Source of the DNA: Octopus sinensis
Lineage: Eukaryota
Length of the DNA: 64,000 nucleotides
Reading direction: 5' to 3'
Assembly: GCF_006345805.1 (NCBI RefSeq)
Contig: NC_043003.1
Location: 81,468,001 to 81,532,000, forward strand
Of this stretch, positions 50,800 to 64,000 are shown piece after piece. The position numbers and the translations under genes were made by a program. Below the pieces are notes generated by a model. It did no database searches. It saw only the letters and a list, made by a program, of their open reading frames with translations, and was not told where the DNA came from. Every line of letters starts with the position of its first letter. Within the stretch, counting starts at the first letter, position 1.

Positions 50800-51050
50800 T
50801 TTTTAATAAAAATTGGTTTCTAGCATTGGTAGAAGCCAGAATTTCGAAGGAAGTGAGTAAATTGATTAAATCAGCTGCAATTCTTGAATGATACTTTATC
50901 AAGCCCAACAGAGGAAGGGCAACCAGACCTGAGGGTGAGTTGAAGTCAAAAAGTAAAAAGCCATAACTAAATACTGCAGAATGTAGCAACCAACAAAATA
51001 TTGCTAAGCATTTCATCCAGCATGCTAACAATTTTGCTAGCTTGCCGTAT
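50800..51050 (-). mobile_element. SINE family B variant, old copy
   Basis: Degraded head near 51000-51050 and degraded core. Confidence 0.55.
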
Positions 51051-52846
51051 AATAATAATAATATTAATAATAATAATACATATATGTGTATGTATGTGTG
51101 CATCAACATGTAAAACTCAAACAATTTGTTTGCATAGGCATATAGTTATTTTATACACATGTGAACACACATGCATAAACTTAATTTTATTATCAGCACT
51201 TACTTGGCATCAAAGACTCAGTCTTTGGATATCTTGATGAAATACATATAGCAAACTGTTTTTTTTTTTTTTGTGAAAATAAATGTCAACAACAAAAACG
51301 AAAAAAAAAAACAGAAGACCTTGTAATACAAGTACATGAAAGTAAGAGGTGTGAGTCACCTCAAGCAAAATATTCAATTTAGAATTTCTTTCTGGAATGT
51401 TCTTTTACTTTGCAATTTTTTGCACCATAATAGAGCCTGTTTCATTTGCTAATTAACTTTTTAATCACAACTCAACAAAACTTGATGAATGTGTCATTCA
51501 AATTTTCAGTCTGGTCTGTCTTTCTTCCAAAATGTGTCTTGAATCTTCTGAATAATTTGTTTCAGACCTCTAAACCAGATTCCTGAAGCCAACCAAATCC
51601 ATTGCTCTGATTAGCTTGAATGAGTTCCCACATGTGACTTAGTAACTTGTACAAGGTTGGTGTAGTACTGATACAAATTAGGTCTGAATAGATAAAGGCT
51701 AGTAGATAATTTGTTGATATTTAGCATTGATGTGATCTTTGGTATTAAGAGTTCTCAGAATACTGACTAACTGAGTGCCAAAGAATTTGAACTTCCTCTG
51801 GTTAGTTTCTTTCATTCTTTAAATTTAATATGCAGAATACTGCAGCACAATAACTTCATGTTGCACTAGAACCACATTTCCTACAAACCCTTAAACATTA
51901 TCATAGCGATATCATTGACCAAGTTATGAAAAAAAAGATATCACAAATCAATGTCTTATATTCTGGACATATGTTTGTTATTCATGGGCAACCAACAATG
52001 AGAAACCAGCTCCTGTTTTGCCCTAGAATTATAAAGAAATGAGGCATTTTACCAATATTATGTGAGCAACCCCTTATTATTCGTACCAGTATAAACAGAG
52101 TATAAATTTAATTTTATTTCAGAAGTTCTATTTTGGAAAAATTTCTATAAACATTCCATTTCAACATTGTTTGCAGTTTAATGGTATCGTTTCAGTATTC
52201 CTTTTATACAAATTGCTACAAATGACAACCACCACGCATTGTAATATTTCTCTTTCACAGTTACTGAAGAGATACATTTGAATTTCTTTTAAAAGATTGA
52301 TACAGACATCAAAGTCTGTCATTTTCTGCCTTTTTCTATAGGCCTGGTTATGCTATTACATCTTTTAAAATGATTATATGCCTATTGCAAAGTAGCCTAT
52401 GCTTTTCGGCCAAATTATTGGACAGCTTAATATGGTTCATCAATGTGAAAGCCAGGTATATTTGGCTATTTAATTTCTCCTTATCTTACTAAACTGATGT
52501 CTTAATTCATGTCAGAATGTCAAAATATCTACTCTAGTCTTCAAGATAGGCCAGTTTAGAATCAAAACTGGATTCTTGACAAAAAGCACGAGCCCAAGCA
52601 CTTGTATATTCCTTTTCTAAAAGAAAACCAAAATTGTTTACAGAAGTTCATGAAATAGATGTATTTGCTCATTGTGTGTTTTCCATGTATCAAACCATGG
52701 AATACAATAAATATGGACAAATTAGCTATGAGGAACATTCTATTACATGGCTTATAATTAAGAAAAAAATCATTAAGGAATTTCTTCGTTAGGAACACTT
52801 TTTAAATTTTATTAAAGTTACAAAATTTCAATTGTATAATATTAGT

Positions 52847-52886
<40 letters not shown>

Positions 52887-53850
52887 CTTTTTGTCTTCCT
52901 TCAAACTCACAGTAAAGAGATCAATCACAAATTGTTTTCAGATATTTTTTTACCCTAGGCTGAAATGTGACAGCTTGACTCTAATTATCTCAATTGAAAA
53001 TAAAATTGAAGTAAATGAAAAAATGTCAGTAAATGTGAGAGTTCATAGGGCATATCTTTATTTTTTTCCCACCCCAAAGCTTTTATTCTAAAAGAAGTTG
53101 ACTGATAGGTTATTTTGGTGAATTAAATATTTTGTTTTCTAATGAAAAAAAAAACCCAAAATGAGAAATTGGTCAGAAAATAGCAGATTAAATTAATGGT
53201 TAAAAAGGGGAAAAGGAATCTCATTAGGTTGCTTGAATCAATGAAACCTAACAATTATTCAATAAAGAAATCTGTAATTAAAACCATTATTTAGTAGGAC
53301 TGGCAATAACTTAGTTTACACTGAAGTTAGAATTATCTTTTCAGTTCAGCATGTTAAGCATTCTTGGAGTCTGTCATAAAATATCAGTATTATCAGCATA
53401 AATAATGCTGCTTTTCACTATTTTATTGTTGAATAACCCCTACATTAATTACTAAAGGTATGTGGTGCTTCTCTTTCTTGCTACTAGAGATTGCATGCTT
53501 CAGAATAGTTACATTTCCGAGAAGTAAAATCAAGAAGTGCACCATTTATTTCTATATATTTCATGATATTCTGAGAGCAGGTGGTTTAATGTTACATTAG
53601 TCAGAAAATCAAATTATGCATCAGATTCAGTATATCAGAACTGATTTCACCTCTTACTTTTTATTTCTTTTATTTTGTGGAATAAATACCAGTTACACAA
53701 TGGACTTGATTTAATCTACAAGTTCAACTCCAGTGCTGGTGTTTTCCTGTATATTAACACTGCATCAGTTCAGCAAGCTGTCCAAAGTAGTCACTTGATC
53801 AAATGAGAATGTTAGGTAAAGACCGGTGTATATGTTGGTATATACTCAGT

Positions 53851-54192
53851 GAAGGCGTATGGCTCAGTGGTTAGAGCATCGAGCTTACGATCGTGAGGTT
53901 GTGAGTTCGAATCCCGGACCGGGCTGCGTGTTGTGTTCTTGAGCAAGGCACTTTATTTTCACGTTGCTCCAGTTCACTCAGCTGTAGAAATGAGTTGCGA
54001 CGTCACTGGTGCCAAGCTGTATCAACCTTTGTCTTTCCCTTGGATAACACTAGTGGCGTGGAGAGGGGAGGCTGGTATGCATGGGCGACTGCTGGTCTTC
54101 CATAAACAACCTTGCCCGGACTTGTGTCTAGGAGGGTAACTTTCTAGGTGCAATCCCATGGTCATTCATGACCAAAGGGGGTCTTTACCCCT
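53851..54192 (+). mobile_element. CORE-like SINE family D, young full-length copy
   Basis: A box TGGCTCAGTGG, B box GAGTTCGAATCC, ttgagcaaggcact...cactcagctgtagaaatgag; TSD tactcag at 53843-53849 and 54193-54199. Confidence 0.9.
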
Positions 54193-54831
54193 TACTCAGA
54201 AAAATAGTTGTCGCTTATAAATGCTAAAGCTTAGGCAACATTTAAAAGTAAACTTTCAACTAAACACTCAACACTCTTCTGTATATTGGCCCTATGCCAA
54301 AGGCGAAAAATAATTATATTTTATTCTCTCATCTAAATATCGGAGAGATACTGTGGTTAATCTTAACCACAATGTCGCGCACTATTAAAAGTTTAAAGTT
54401 ATTTGGAGATCTTTTGTCACTGGTATTAGATTTTCTCTTTATTTGCCTCTCTTTTAAACAATTAACACTATTTTTACTTCTTGATGTCTGTGATTAATAT
54501 TACTAAGAGCAATCAACTGTAAAGCAGTCCATAATTTCATATGTGGTTATTCTTGTGATGTTTGCTGCTCTTTATACTGAGAAGGAATATATTACATATG
54601 CACATACTTGCACAGTTAGAAATAATTCCATCAGATATTGTGATTAATCAATATTAGCTTTGTTATTTTCGCTTTTTCTAAATTTTAATTGTATCAAATA
54701 AACACCAATCTTTTTTATTGATCCTTGTTTTACTAGATTTAGAATTAAATATGAATAACGAAATTGACATGAAAACGTAAAGAAAGGATTCAATCCAACT
54801 TAAACAATGGCTACCCTTCACATAAAGTTAC

Positions 54832-54889
54832 TTGTGGAAATCCATATTGTATAAAAGATGTATCTTTATCAGTTAGAACTCTAATAAAT
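54832..54889 (-). CDS. Candidate 58-nt exon (open only as phase 2-0: FIRVLTDKDTSFIQYGFPQ)
   Basis: tttcttttgcttattattcttccttag|...CAA|gtaact; does not fit the phase-1 chain. Confidence 0.25.
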
Positions 54890-55671
54890 CTAAGGAAGAA
54901 TAATAAGCAAAAGAAATATATAGTAAAATCTTGTTTATGATATATTTTCTATTTAGTTTTAGGATGCTTGTAGTTTACAAAGTCCATTCCAGGTGACAAT
55001 ATTATTGCAGGCTTTATTCTGACATAAAAATATTTGGGTAGTCATATTGTCTACAATGTATACCAAAATCAGCTGTGTTCATAACTAATACATGAGTGAA
55101 CAATGAGACTGGCATTTTTGTACAAAAGGCTTGTAGCAAGCTTGGCTAGGATAAGTTTAAGACAAATTCAAAATGACAGTAGAAGTGCAAGGTTCAAAAG
55201 TTATACCGTACGTGACAGTATTAACATCATCGTTTCGATGATTGCATATATATATATTTTTTTTACTATTCCACCATGCATCATTAAATGAGAGTTATTA
55301 AGGTGGATTTTTCTATGCTCAAGTGTCATTCTTGTCACCGTTGCAATACTGTTCTTCAAGTAAAATATATGTAATTCCAGCTGGTCTTCACACACAACAA
55401 AAACAGAGTGATAAAATGATTTTTTCAAAACTTATTAACATTGTCAATGATTTTGGTTACGCAGTGAATATGCGAAGACAAATAAAAATACAGACATAGA
55501 CATACATACTCACCCACATACTCAGAGAAAGAAACACACACACATACACACACATGTACATATGCATGGATATGTATGCACAAGTATGCATATGTCTATA
55601 CATATATGAATGAGTGTGTATATGTATTTGTGTGTATGTATGTGATATATACTTATAGTCTGATAGTAGGG

Positions 55672-55706
<35 letters not shown>

Positions 55707-55822
55707 ATATCAAACTGAGGATGTGTGTGTACGTGTGTGTCTGCCAATATATATGTGTGTGTGCTTCACTAAAACTCAAGAATTATCCAACAGTTTTCAT
55801 TCAAATTTTAAGCATGCATTAC

Positions 55823-55870
55823 TTAGAGTCCATGCTGTGTCATGGGTCAAAAGAATTTTCAACTTCTTGC
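55823..55870 (-). CDS. Candidate 48-nt exon, phase 1-1: x-KKLKILLTHDTAWTL-x
   Basis: ttgttctgtgctcacattag|...CTAA|gtaatg; only phase 1 is open. Confidence 0.45.
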
Positions 55871-56045
55871 CTAATGTGAGCACAGAACAATCTTTTATCA
55901 CTTGCATTATTTCAGTATTATGTGTCAAAAGTGAAACAATAACATGTCTATTGTAATGTGAGATAATACTTTCAGTTTAATACATTCACTTTTAATACAG
56001 AACCTATTATCTCACATACATACACACATACACACACATGTATAT

Positions 56046-56142
<97 letters not shown>

Positions 56143-56257
56143 TGTGAATGAAGCGGCCGTTAAATGATGATGATAATATATATGTATATGTATGCCCGTG
56201 TTTATGCGCATGGAAATATGCACATATGTATGTATAAACATATGTATTTGTATATAT

Positions 56258-56289
<32 letters not shown>

Positions 56290-56571
56290 AAACTGCTATT
56301 TGAACGGTTTGCTAATCAGGTTCTTGCATAAAATTCAGGTGAACATCTGGATTTTATTTATATCTTGTGCTATTATCATGTATATTACACACACACATAC
56401 ATACATATATGTGTATACATACACACTTATATATACACATTTGTGTGTGTACATGTGTACCTCAAAGGGTCTCAAACTCTACAGTCATCTCATGGTTATT
56501 ACTGTAACATTCTTCAACAAATAAGTTTATTAGGAATCTCTGAAGGGTAAGGCATTGTCATTGAAGTTCTA

Positions 56572-56984
56572 TTACTCTTTTACTTGTTTCAGTCATTTGA
56601 CTGTGGCCATGCTGGAGCACCGCCTTTAGTCGAGCAAATTCATGCCGAGACTTATGCTTTGGAAGCCTAGTACTTATTCTATCAGTCTCTTTGGCTGAAC
56701 CGCTAAGTTATGGTGACGTGAACACACCACCATCGGTTGTCAAGAGATGTTGGGTGGGGGACAAACTCAGATACAAACATATACACACACACATACATAT
56801 ACATATATATACACACATATACGACAGGCTTCTTTCAGTTTCCGTCTACCAAATCCACTCACATGCCTTTGGTCGACCGAGGCTATAGTAGAAGACACTT
56901 GCCCAAGGTGCCATGCAGTGGGACTGAACCCAGAACCATGTGGTTGGTAAGCAAGCTACTTACTACACAGCCACTCCTATGCAT
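56572..56984 (-). mobile_element. SINE family A, full length
   Basis: Reverse-complement family motifs. Confidence 0.93.
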
Positions 56985-58301
56985 ACAAGGAACTTTTGGG
57001 AGAAAATCTCTCATGTTTTGCGAATTGAATCTTACAGTTCATTGGATCTTTAAAGCAATAAACTCGGTGTGGAAGGAGACTTGAATGTTTAATGAAGAAT
57101 AACTTTTATGAGGTCTCCACACATCATTTAAAAAAGAATCTAGGTCAGTGCTTGGCTGATTTAGTGGCTAACACTGTTTCAAAAAAAAAAAACCCCTGCT
57201 AAATTTAAAATTCTTTGCAAGCTTTTGCTATCAAAAGAAGAAGTCAAAGGCATTCATCAAACTCAGCACCTTCGAATCGTTGATCACTACAAATATGTGA
57301 TTTGATACCAAATAATTCTAGTAAATTACTGCTTCTGGCTTTGACTGTCATCAATAACAATATCATTTCTCCCACTACTCATAAGCATAGATATTGTATC
57401 ACAAATGGATGTATCACTATTTCTAATCAAAAACACTGTTAACATATTATCATATAACTACATCAGTTTCTTGAGAAACATCACTATCACAAACAATAAT
57501 AGTAACATCCTTTAACAACAATCAATAACACCGTTACCATTATCACCAAACAACAAACTTAGCATGCACCTTCTTTCAACCTACTCCTCCATTTCTGTCT
57601 TAGTCATTTTCCATTATCAGCATTGTTTTTAGTGAAGCTATTCTCTCTTATCCAAAATATTCCATTTGCAGCTACATAAATATTTCATTTGAACAATTTA
57701 CTTCTTAAAATTGAAAACATTTGCCATAAAATCTATTTGAATAAACAGTATGAATGTATTTAAAGTAGCTGTTAGCTCAGAACTAACAATTGAATGCTAA
57801 CCTATCTACAACTTTCTTAGATCAATATTCATCTCCCCCTCTTAGAGCTGGGATTTTAACAGAAATTTCCTGGTTGAGAAGCACTGTGAAAGCTGCTAAA
57901 TGTAATAGCATATTCATATTCACTAGAAATCACCACATCATTTAATCATGTGAAACTGAAGTAAATTATCAACCAAATAGAAATAACTTAGATTGTTTTC
58001 TGTTGCATGTACATCAAATAAAGTTATGTGAGTCAGCATAGTTTATAAACCAACTACTCCAAATAACAAAAAGAAACCATTCATTTTAGAACTGAACTTG
58101 GCTTGTTCAGGTATTCAGTTGTCAGCTCATGTTTTAAAAATCTCACAAGCGAATTTCATATCATTGAACTAATGATTTTTAATTGGCTATATGATTAAGA
58201 AGTTTGCTGCTCAACCAGAGAGTTTCGAGTTCAGTCTCACTATGGGGCACCTAAAGCATCTTCTTGTGAGTGAATTTAAGTGAAAGAAAGAAATATGTTG
58301 T

Positions 58302-58347
<46 letters not shown>

Positions 58348-58398
58348 ATTTGTGTATAAATTTAGGCATGTGTGTGTTTGTGTGAATACATAGATACA

Positions 58399-58448
<50 letters not shown>

Positions 58449-58479
58449 ATGTATGTATGTATGTATATGCATACTTTAT

Positions 58480-58880
58480 CTTTTAGTTGTTTCAGTCATT
58501 GGAGTCCAGCCGTGCCGGGTCACTACTGTGAAGGGTTTAGCTGAACAAATCAACTCCAGTATTTATCGCTTTTTAAGCCTGGTACCTATTCTATCAGTCA
58601 CTTTTTGTTGAACAGCTTAGTTACAAAGATATAAGAAAGCCACACCACTTGTCAAGCAGGGGTGGGGGGACCAAATACAAAGACACACACACACACAGAT
58701 ACATATATGTATATATATATATGATAGACTTCTTTCACTTTCCATCTACCAAATCCACATGCAAGGGTTTTGTCGGCCTGGAGTTATGTCGTAGAAAATA
58801 CTTGCTGAAGGTGCCACTGAGTAGCACTGAAACTAGAGCCATGTTACTGGGAAGCAAACTTCTTGCCACACGCACACATT
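58480..58880 (-). mobile_element. SINE family A, diverged (partial plus-strand head at about 58190-58330)
   Basis: Family motifs present. Confidence 0.75.
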
Positions 58881-59084
58881 TCGTTTTTAACTGTAGAACT
58901 TGAAGCAGATAATGTTATAAATAACAGCATATAAATTTGGTTTAAACACCAAATATTTACATGTTATTATTTATAGCTCTATCTACTTCAGTCTTTCCAG
59001 TTAAAAACAAATTATTTCATGTTCTCTCAGAGCTTAGAAATTCTTGACATAAACACACATGCTCACACATCATTATCATTTTAA

Positions 59085-59235
59085 TATCTATCATCATTTA
59101 GCAGTCATTTTCTATGTTGGTTTGACAGTTTGACAGGAACTGGCAAAGCAGAGGACTGCATCAGGCTTTACTGTCTGTTTTGGCATGGCTTTTATGGTTG
59201 GATGCCATTCCTAATGCCAACCACCTTAGAGAGTG
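59085..59235 (-). mobile_element. RTE-type 3' tail, diverged
   Basis: ttggatgccattcctaatgccaacc and an (atc)n end. Confidence 0.7.
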
Positions 59236-59357
59236 GTACATATATCTATCTATCTATCTGTCTGTCTGTCTGTCTGTCTGTGTATATATATATATATACA
59301 CACACACATATAGGTACTTATATATAGGTATTAGTATATCTATGGCCATGATTATAC

Positions 59358-59448
59358 CTGTTGATATTTGCATTCTATAAAAGTCTCTAGCTATGTATGG
59401 TGATCTTTTTACTTCTGTCAACAAATCATCAACAAGCTCATTTTGCAC
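59358..59448 (-). CDS. Candidate 91-nt exon, phase 0-1: VQNELVDDLLTEVKRSPYIARDFYRMQIST-G
   Basis: ctcacacatctttaatag|GTG...ACAG|gtataa; protein-like composition in unique DNA. Confidence 0.5.
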
Positions 59449-59865
59449 CTATTAAAGATGTGTGAGATATGAGATCGATTACTTGAAAATAATTTCAAGG
59501 TTATTAGTGACAGGTAGAACACTTAACTGTTAAATATTGCTTGGGTAATATATTCATTAACTCACACTTGCATGTAAAAATTGTTGTAAATGTCAACAAA
59601 CAAATGAAATGAGCATACGTGTTCAAAATTTAAGAGACAAAAAAAATGTAGTTATAATATTCATCCTTTTAAGCATTAAGGCCTATTCTAATTAGATCTG
59701 AAATTAAACAATACATCTAATTTGTTGGGAAGTAACTGATGCTTCAGTTTCCTAGTAATAAAATGATTTCCTATATAAAGCACGATGCCACAAAATTTTC
59801 GGAGAGGGTATAGTCTAATATATTGTATCTAGCACTTGGCTAATATTGTTTTTATGGACCCTTAC

Positions 59866-59897
59866 TAGATGAATATAGCACAATGTTGGATTGGAAA
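59866..59897 (-). CDS. Candidate 32-nt exon, phase 1-0: x-SNPTLCYIHL
   Basis: catgtccctttacag|...CTA|gtaagg; frame-compatible with 59358-59448. Confidence 0.3.
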
Positions 59898-60186
59898 CTG
59901 TAAAGGGACATGATTCCATTCTGCAAGACATTTTGTTGATAATTCTTCAGATTTTGCCATCTACCTCTCAAGTGATTATAATAAGTGACTTGTCATAATG
60001 GTCACAAATTTCAAGAGAGAGAATAGTGGATAAATTAATCTTCAATACTTGACTGGTGTGAAGGTGTATGGCTTAGTGTTTAGGGTGTTGAGCCAAAACA
60101 GACATATTAGAAATTATTAATATAAATACAAATGACTTTTTTCTGATGCTCAAGCAATTTTATTATGATAACACTATGTAATACGT

Positions 60187-60396
60187 TTTTGGATTTGGTT
60201 TGCAAGATTCTTTATATGAATTCGTGTTTTGAAGCTTATTCTGTTGTGTCTGGGGAGAGTAAATTTCTTTTTGCGCCTTATAAAGTAACACACTCACTGG
60301 TAAAATTTCCATTTATTTCTTATTTTTATTTTCCTAAAATTTTTTCGTTGCATCTTGCAGACTATTGAAAAGGTTGCAAGACACAACGAAAATTTT
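60187..60396 (+). repeat. Dispersed repeat family F (copy 2) ending in a hairpin
   Basis: Matches 46905-47085; inverted arms at 60336-60359 and 60375-60396. Confidence 0.85.
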
Positions 60397-62179
60397 GTCT
60401 ACGACAGAATATGTAACACGATTTTTGCCCTTGGGTTAGAAACTGTTATTTCCTATTTACTTATCCCTAGAAAGTATGGAAAATGGCTAATATTTCCTTC
60501 AAAATTTGCTTTTATTATATTTATTCAAACCCAAAGAATCCCATGCAACACTTGGCTATGATGCTCCCCTGCATCTCTTGCTTATGATCAGAGATGCATA
60601 TATATTGTCAGCCACTAAGGGACATGATCAAGTGGTTAACATCAAGTGATTGAGAAGCAAATCTGTGGTATTGAGCAGAACATTTGCTATAACAATATTA
60701 CTCCTTCAGCTACTCAATACTGAATCTGTCTGAAATGCAATGGAAAATATGTCAGTTTCAAAACATTGATGCCCAGGCAAAGTTTGAAGGGAATAGTAGT
60801 CATTTCCTTTGCTTTCTAGATAGAAGCAAATAAGAAATAACACTTACTAACCAAAGACAAAATAAAGGTTTTGTTACACTGCATAATAATAGATTTTCAA
60901 CAGCGTAAGTGGCTGTGTCTTATGGCCTTCACAATTTTTTGGGCACTGTAGTGTCGAAACATTTTTATGGGGTTACATTCAAATTATACTTCCTATAGGA
61001 TGGTACCTCATAATAAAGTTAAGTATCTGGTAAGGGCGTGACACATTCAAGCAGGAAATGGAGCTAAGTTGTGTATCAAGTTAATTTGATAGTGGTGATG
61101 CATCTAGTGGAAACAGACAAAAAGAGGCCTCTGTGTTAGTGGATTAGAAAGAATATAAAGCCATAACTCAAAACTGAAGGGCTATCTTTGATAGCAATGT
61201 AGTTGAAGAATATATTTTGCAAAAGAATTATCTCACAGTTTTGCTTGAAGATTATTGTGAAAAGTGCAGCTAAAGGTTTTATTTATGTAGTGAATAGGTG
61301 GATCACGGGTTTCCCATTTTCAAATGAATGCTTTTATCTTAGTACTTATTGTTGTCAGAAACAACCACTTGTTATCATGAGTTTTAGTCCTTTTGTAAAG
61401 AATTTCGTTTCTATATGTATACACATAAGGATTTGTGAGTGTTTAAAACAAGGAGCAGCTATTTAATACAAACCCAATATTAGTTATTGCAATTAAGGAG
61501 GCAAACTAATATAAGAGTTATCTCTAAATGTAATTGCTATTTGTCAAAACTTTTAGTGATATATTCATTCACCCTTGTTAGGTATACCATTTTCTAAATT
61601 TCTATATATATGTTTTATAAAGTATTATATATTTAACTTCATAACAGCTAATATTATTGAGTGGTTTTGTACAAAAAATCCTCCCTACAATGAAAGAATT
61701 ATTAAACACTCATCAGACATGGTTGATGCAAAATGTAAAGGATTCGCTATTTTGTACTGGAGGTTTGAAAAGACACCATTCAGTCAATGAGTCACAGAAT
61801 TGCAGGAAAAAAACCCAGGAAAATATAAAATTAAAATTACACAGGCGAATGCAAGCCTTTGTGTTGTGTGCTCCACTATTTTTGCAACAACTCTGCAAAT
61901 TGTTGATCGTATCTGTTCTTTTCAAACCTCAAATTCAAAAGAGCCCAAGTTATACACTTCCACTCAGCCATGTCTGAAAAGTACCTAATTATTCTGCCAT
62001 TGTAGAGAGGATTATTTTGTATGAAACCATTCAATAGCCTGTTATGGGTCTAAAGTTATAGTACTCTATAACTAATATACCTACTCTATTATCTAATATG
62101 CAAGTGTGCTCTTTTCTTCTGGTTTACAAAAAACTCCTCTTCTACAGTATATAATACACACATTCACAAATACATATAT

Positions 62180-62183
62180 ATAC

Positions 62184-62265
<82 letters not shown>

Positions 62266-62282
62266 GTATCTATCTATCTATC

Positions 62283-62352
<70 letters not shown>

Positions 62353-62360
62353 GTATATAT
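62180..62360. repeat. (ATCT)n plus (TA)n microsatellite
   Basis: Direct. Confidence 0.95.
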
Positions 62361-62643
62361 AAGATGGATTTTATAAAATATCTATATAGCCGGTGCTGAA
62401 ATACTTGTAAAGGCATCATTTACCACTAATATCATGAATGTATGAGTTTCACATGTTCTTCAATAATGGTGCTCACAGAATGTAACTCATTACAATGAAA
62501 GACTAACAGAGATTCTGTGCTTTTTATTGAATGTTGTTTACTTTTACTGTTTTAGCATTTTTCTATCTAACGTAGTTTGCAGTCATAAAAAGCATATTTC
62601 AATAAAATTAGCTTTCTTTGAGAGTTGTCAGATTTCATCTTAC

Positions 62644-62660
62644 AATAGATGCATCTTCAT
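62644..62660 (-). CDS. Candidate 17-nt micro-exon (x-EDASI or MKMHL-x)
   Basis: ctccatcactttacag|ATGAAGATGCATCTATT|gtaaga. Confidence 0.28.
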
Positions 62661-63444
62661 CTGTAAAGTGATGGAGATTTATGCATAGTGTATCTTACAA
62701 CATATGCATATACGTAGTCATTCAGTTCTATTCACTTATACTAACATATAGATAAGATAAATGAATAAATATAAAGCAAAAATATGTGTTGTTATACGAA
62801 AAAAAAAATTGTAAGTACATGCATAAAAAAAGATATTGTTATAGGAAAATATTCTTGTGTGAAGATCTTTAAAATTGCTTTATATATGCTTTATCAGTAG
62901 AAAATATCCAAGAACATTTCCTCTTCCTGTGATATGATCAGAAAGTGTGTGTCACTGACTGGTTTAAAAAAAACAAAAAAAAAACCGGAAGGGGAAACTG
63001 TTATATGCATTTGGAAAACAAAACAAATATCACACAACATAAGATGAATTTTACAGTACATATTCAGCATTCATTTTCATTTATGAATTGACCTAAATGT
63101 GCATCTTACCTCATTTATTTGCTCAAAATTTAATCTGACCTAGCTTGTGGTACGGACATGTGTTTTGAATTTAAAGTATGGCTGCGTGGTAAGTGCACAG
63201 GCATGGTTGGATGGAAGGGAATATCCATGGCTTTGTGATTAAATTTGTATCATGTTTCAGGCACGTTGGGTGATTTTAACATCTTGAGATTTTCCTTCTC
63301 TGCGTATGTCTAATATCTCTTATGATTCCTCCTGGTGTAATGAAGCATTTGCAAGTTCTCTGTTATTACTGAAAACATTATTCAACATGGCAGTGTCATA
63401 ATTGACGTCATTGCTATAAAGTTCTTACAATAATCTGACCATCA

Positions 63445-63773
63445 TGTGGTGCAGGAGTGGCTAGCACCTTGGGCAAGTGTCTTCTACTATAGCCCCAGGC
63501 CGACCAAAGCCTTGTGAGGGTATTTGGTAGACAGAAACTGAAGGAAGCCCATTGTATATATATGTGTGTGTTTGTGTGTGTGTCTATGTTTGTACCCCCA
63601 CACAAGCGATGGTGTGTTTACGTCCCCATAACTTAGCGGTTCGGCCAAAGAGACCGATAGAACAAGTACTAGGCTTACAAAGAATAAATCCTGGGGTCGA
63701 TTTGCTCAACTAAAGGCGGTGCTCCAGCATGGCCGCAGTCAAATGACTGAAACAAAGTTAAAGAGTAAAAGAG
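63445..63773 (+). mobile_element. SINE family A with a deletion in the head
   Basis: ggagtggct is joined directly to agcaccttgggcaag; core and tail intact. Confidence 0.9.
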
Positions 63774-64000
63774 TATCATCTTATACCAACAGTCTCATCA
63801 GTGAGAAGAGACCTTGTTTTGTCTTCAACAGGTTTCAAAAGCAGACTTATAATCCTTTATCACAGATTTCATCTTACTACATTGGTCTGCCTTCTGCTGC
63901 TCCTTATTTTCCTTCATTTTCTCTCTGATCCTATTTCCAATGCTCTATTCTTGATTTACTTCAGGATCTCTTCAAGTTTCATTTTGTGTTGCATTAGTTC

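Noticed and set aside
53851-53925. tRNA gene-like sequence (also 22589-22660 and 8063-8135)
   Set aside because: A and B boxes are present, but the sequence continues into SINE bodies and has no acceptor stem or terminator.
59390-59440. LLTEVKRSPYIARDFY resembling MAP2K subdomain III-IV (ECNSPYIVGFY)
   Set aside because: A short match with no other kinase motifs in neighbouring candidates.
61657-61977. 106-aa plus-strand ORF
   Set aside because: No domain motif or splice support; possibly an unrecognised repeat.

Overview
This is AT-rich eukaryotic DNA packed with microsatellites. It is almost certainly from an Octopus species; that is an inference from repeat families I recognise from memory, not a database result. 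No intact long protein-coding ORF is present, and most ORF-track entries are (TA)n/(TG)n/(ATCT)n artefacts. Supported content: about 25 tRNA-headed SINE copies from several modular families; a full-length decayed Tc1 (5488-6743); a mariner deletion derivative (44902-45470); mariner, piggyBac and Tc1-type MITEs; a 5'-truncated CR1-clade LINE (36102-37720) whose 3' tail matches the commonest SINE; and RTE LINE fragments. Two signals are not explained by ordinary repeat annotation. (1) About a dozen type I hammerhead-ribozyme (HHR) motifs from several unrelated small elements (CUGANGA...GAAAC-palindrome-GUH closed by stem I). Several sit in outward-pointing foldback arms, one lies inside a tRNA-headed SINE, and a separate palindrome folds back at the stem III/cleavage site. 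(2) A chain of very short minus-strand candidate exons (91, 48, 15, 39, 60, 54 and 12 nt) spread over 56 kb. The six symmetric ones are all open in phase 1, five of them only in phase 1, suggesting the window lies within a large micro-exon-rich gene of unknown product. Exon calls were read by eye and need RNA evidence.
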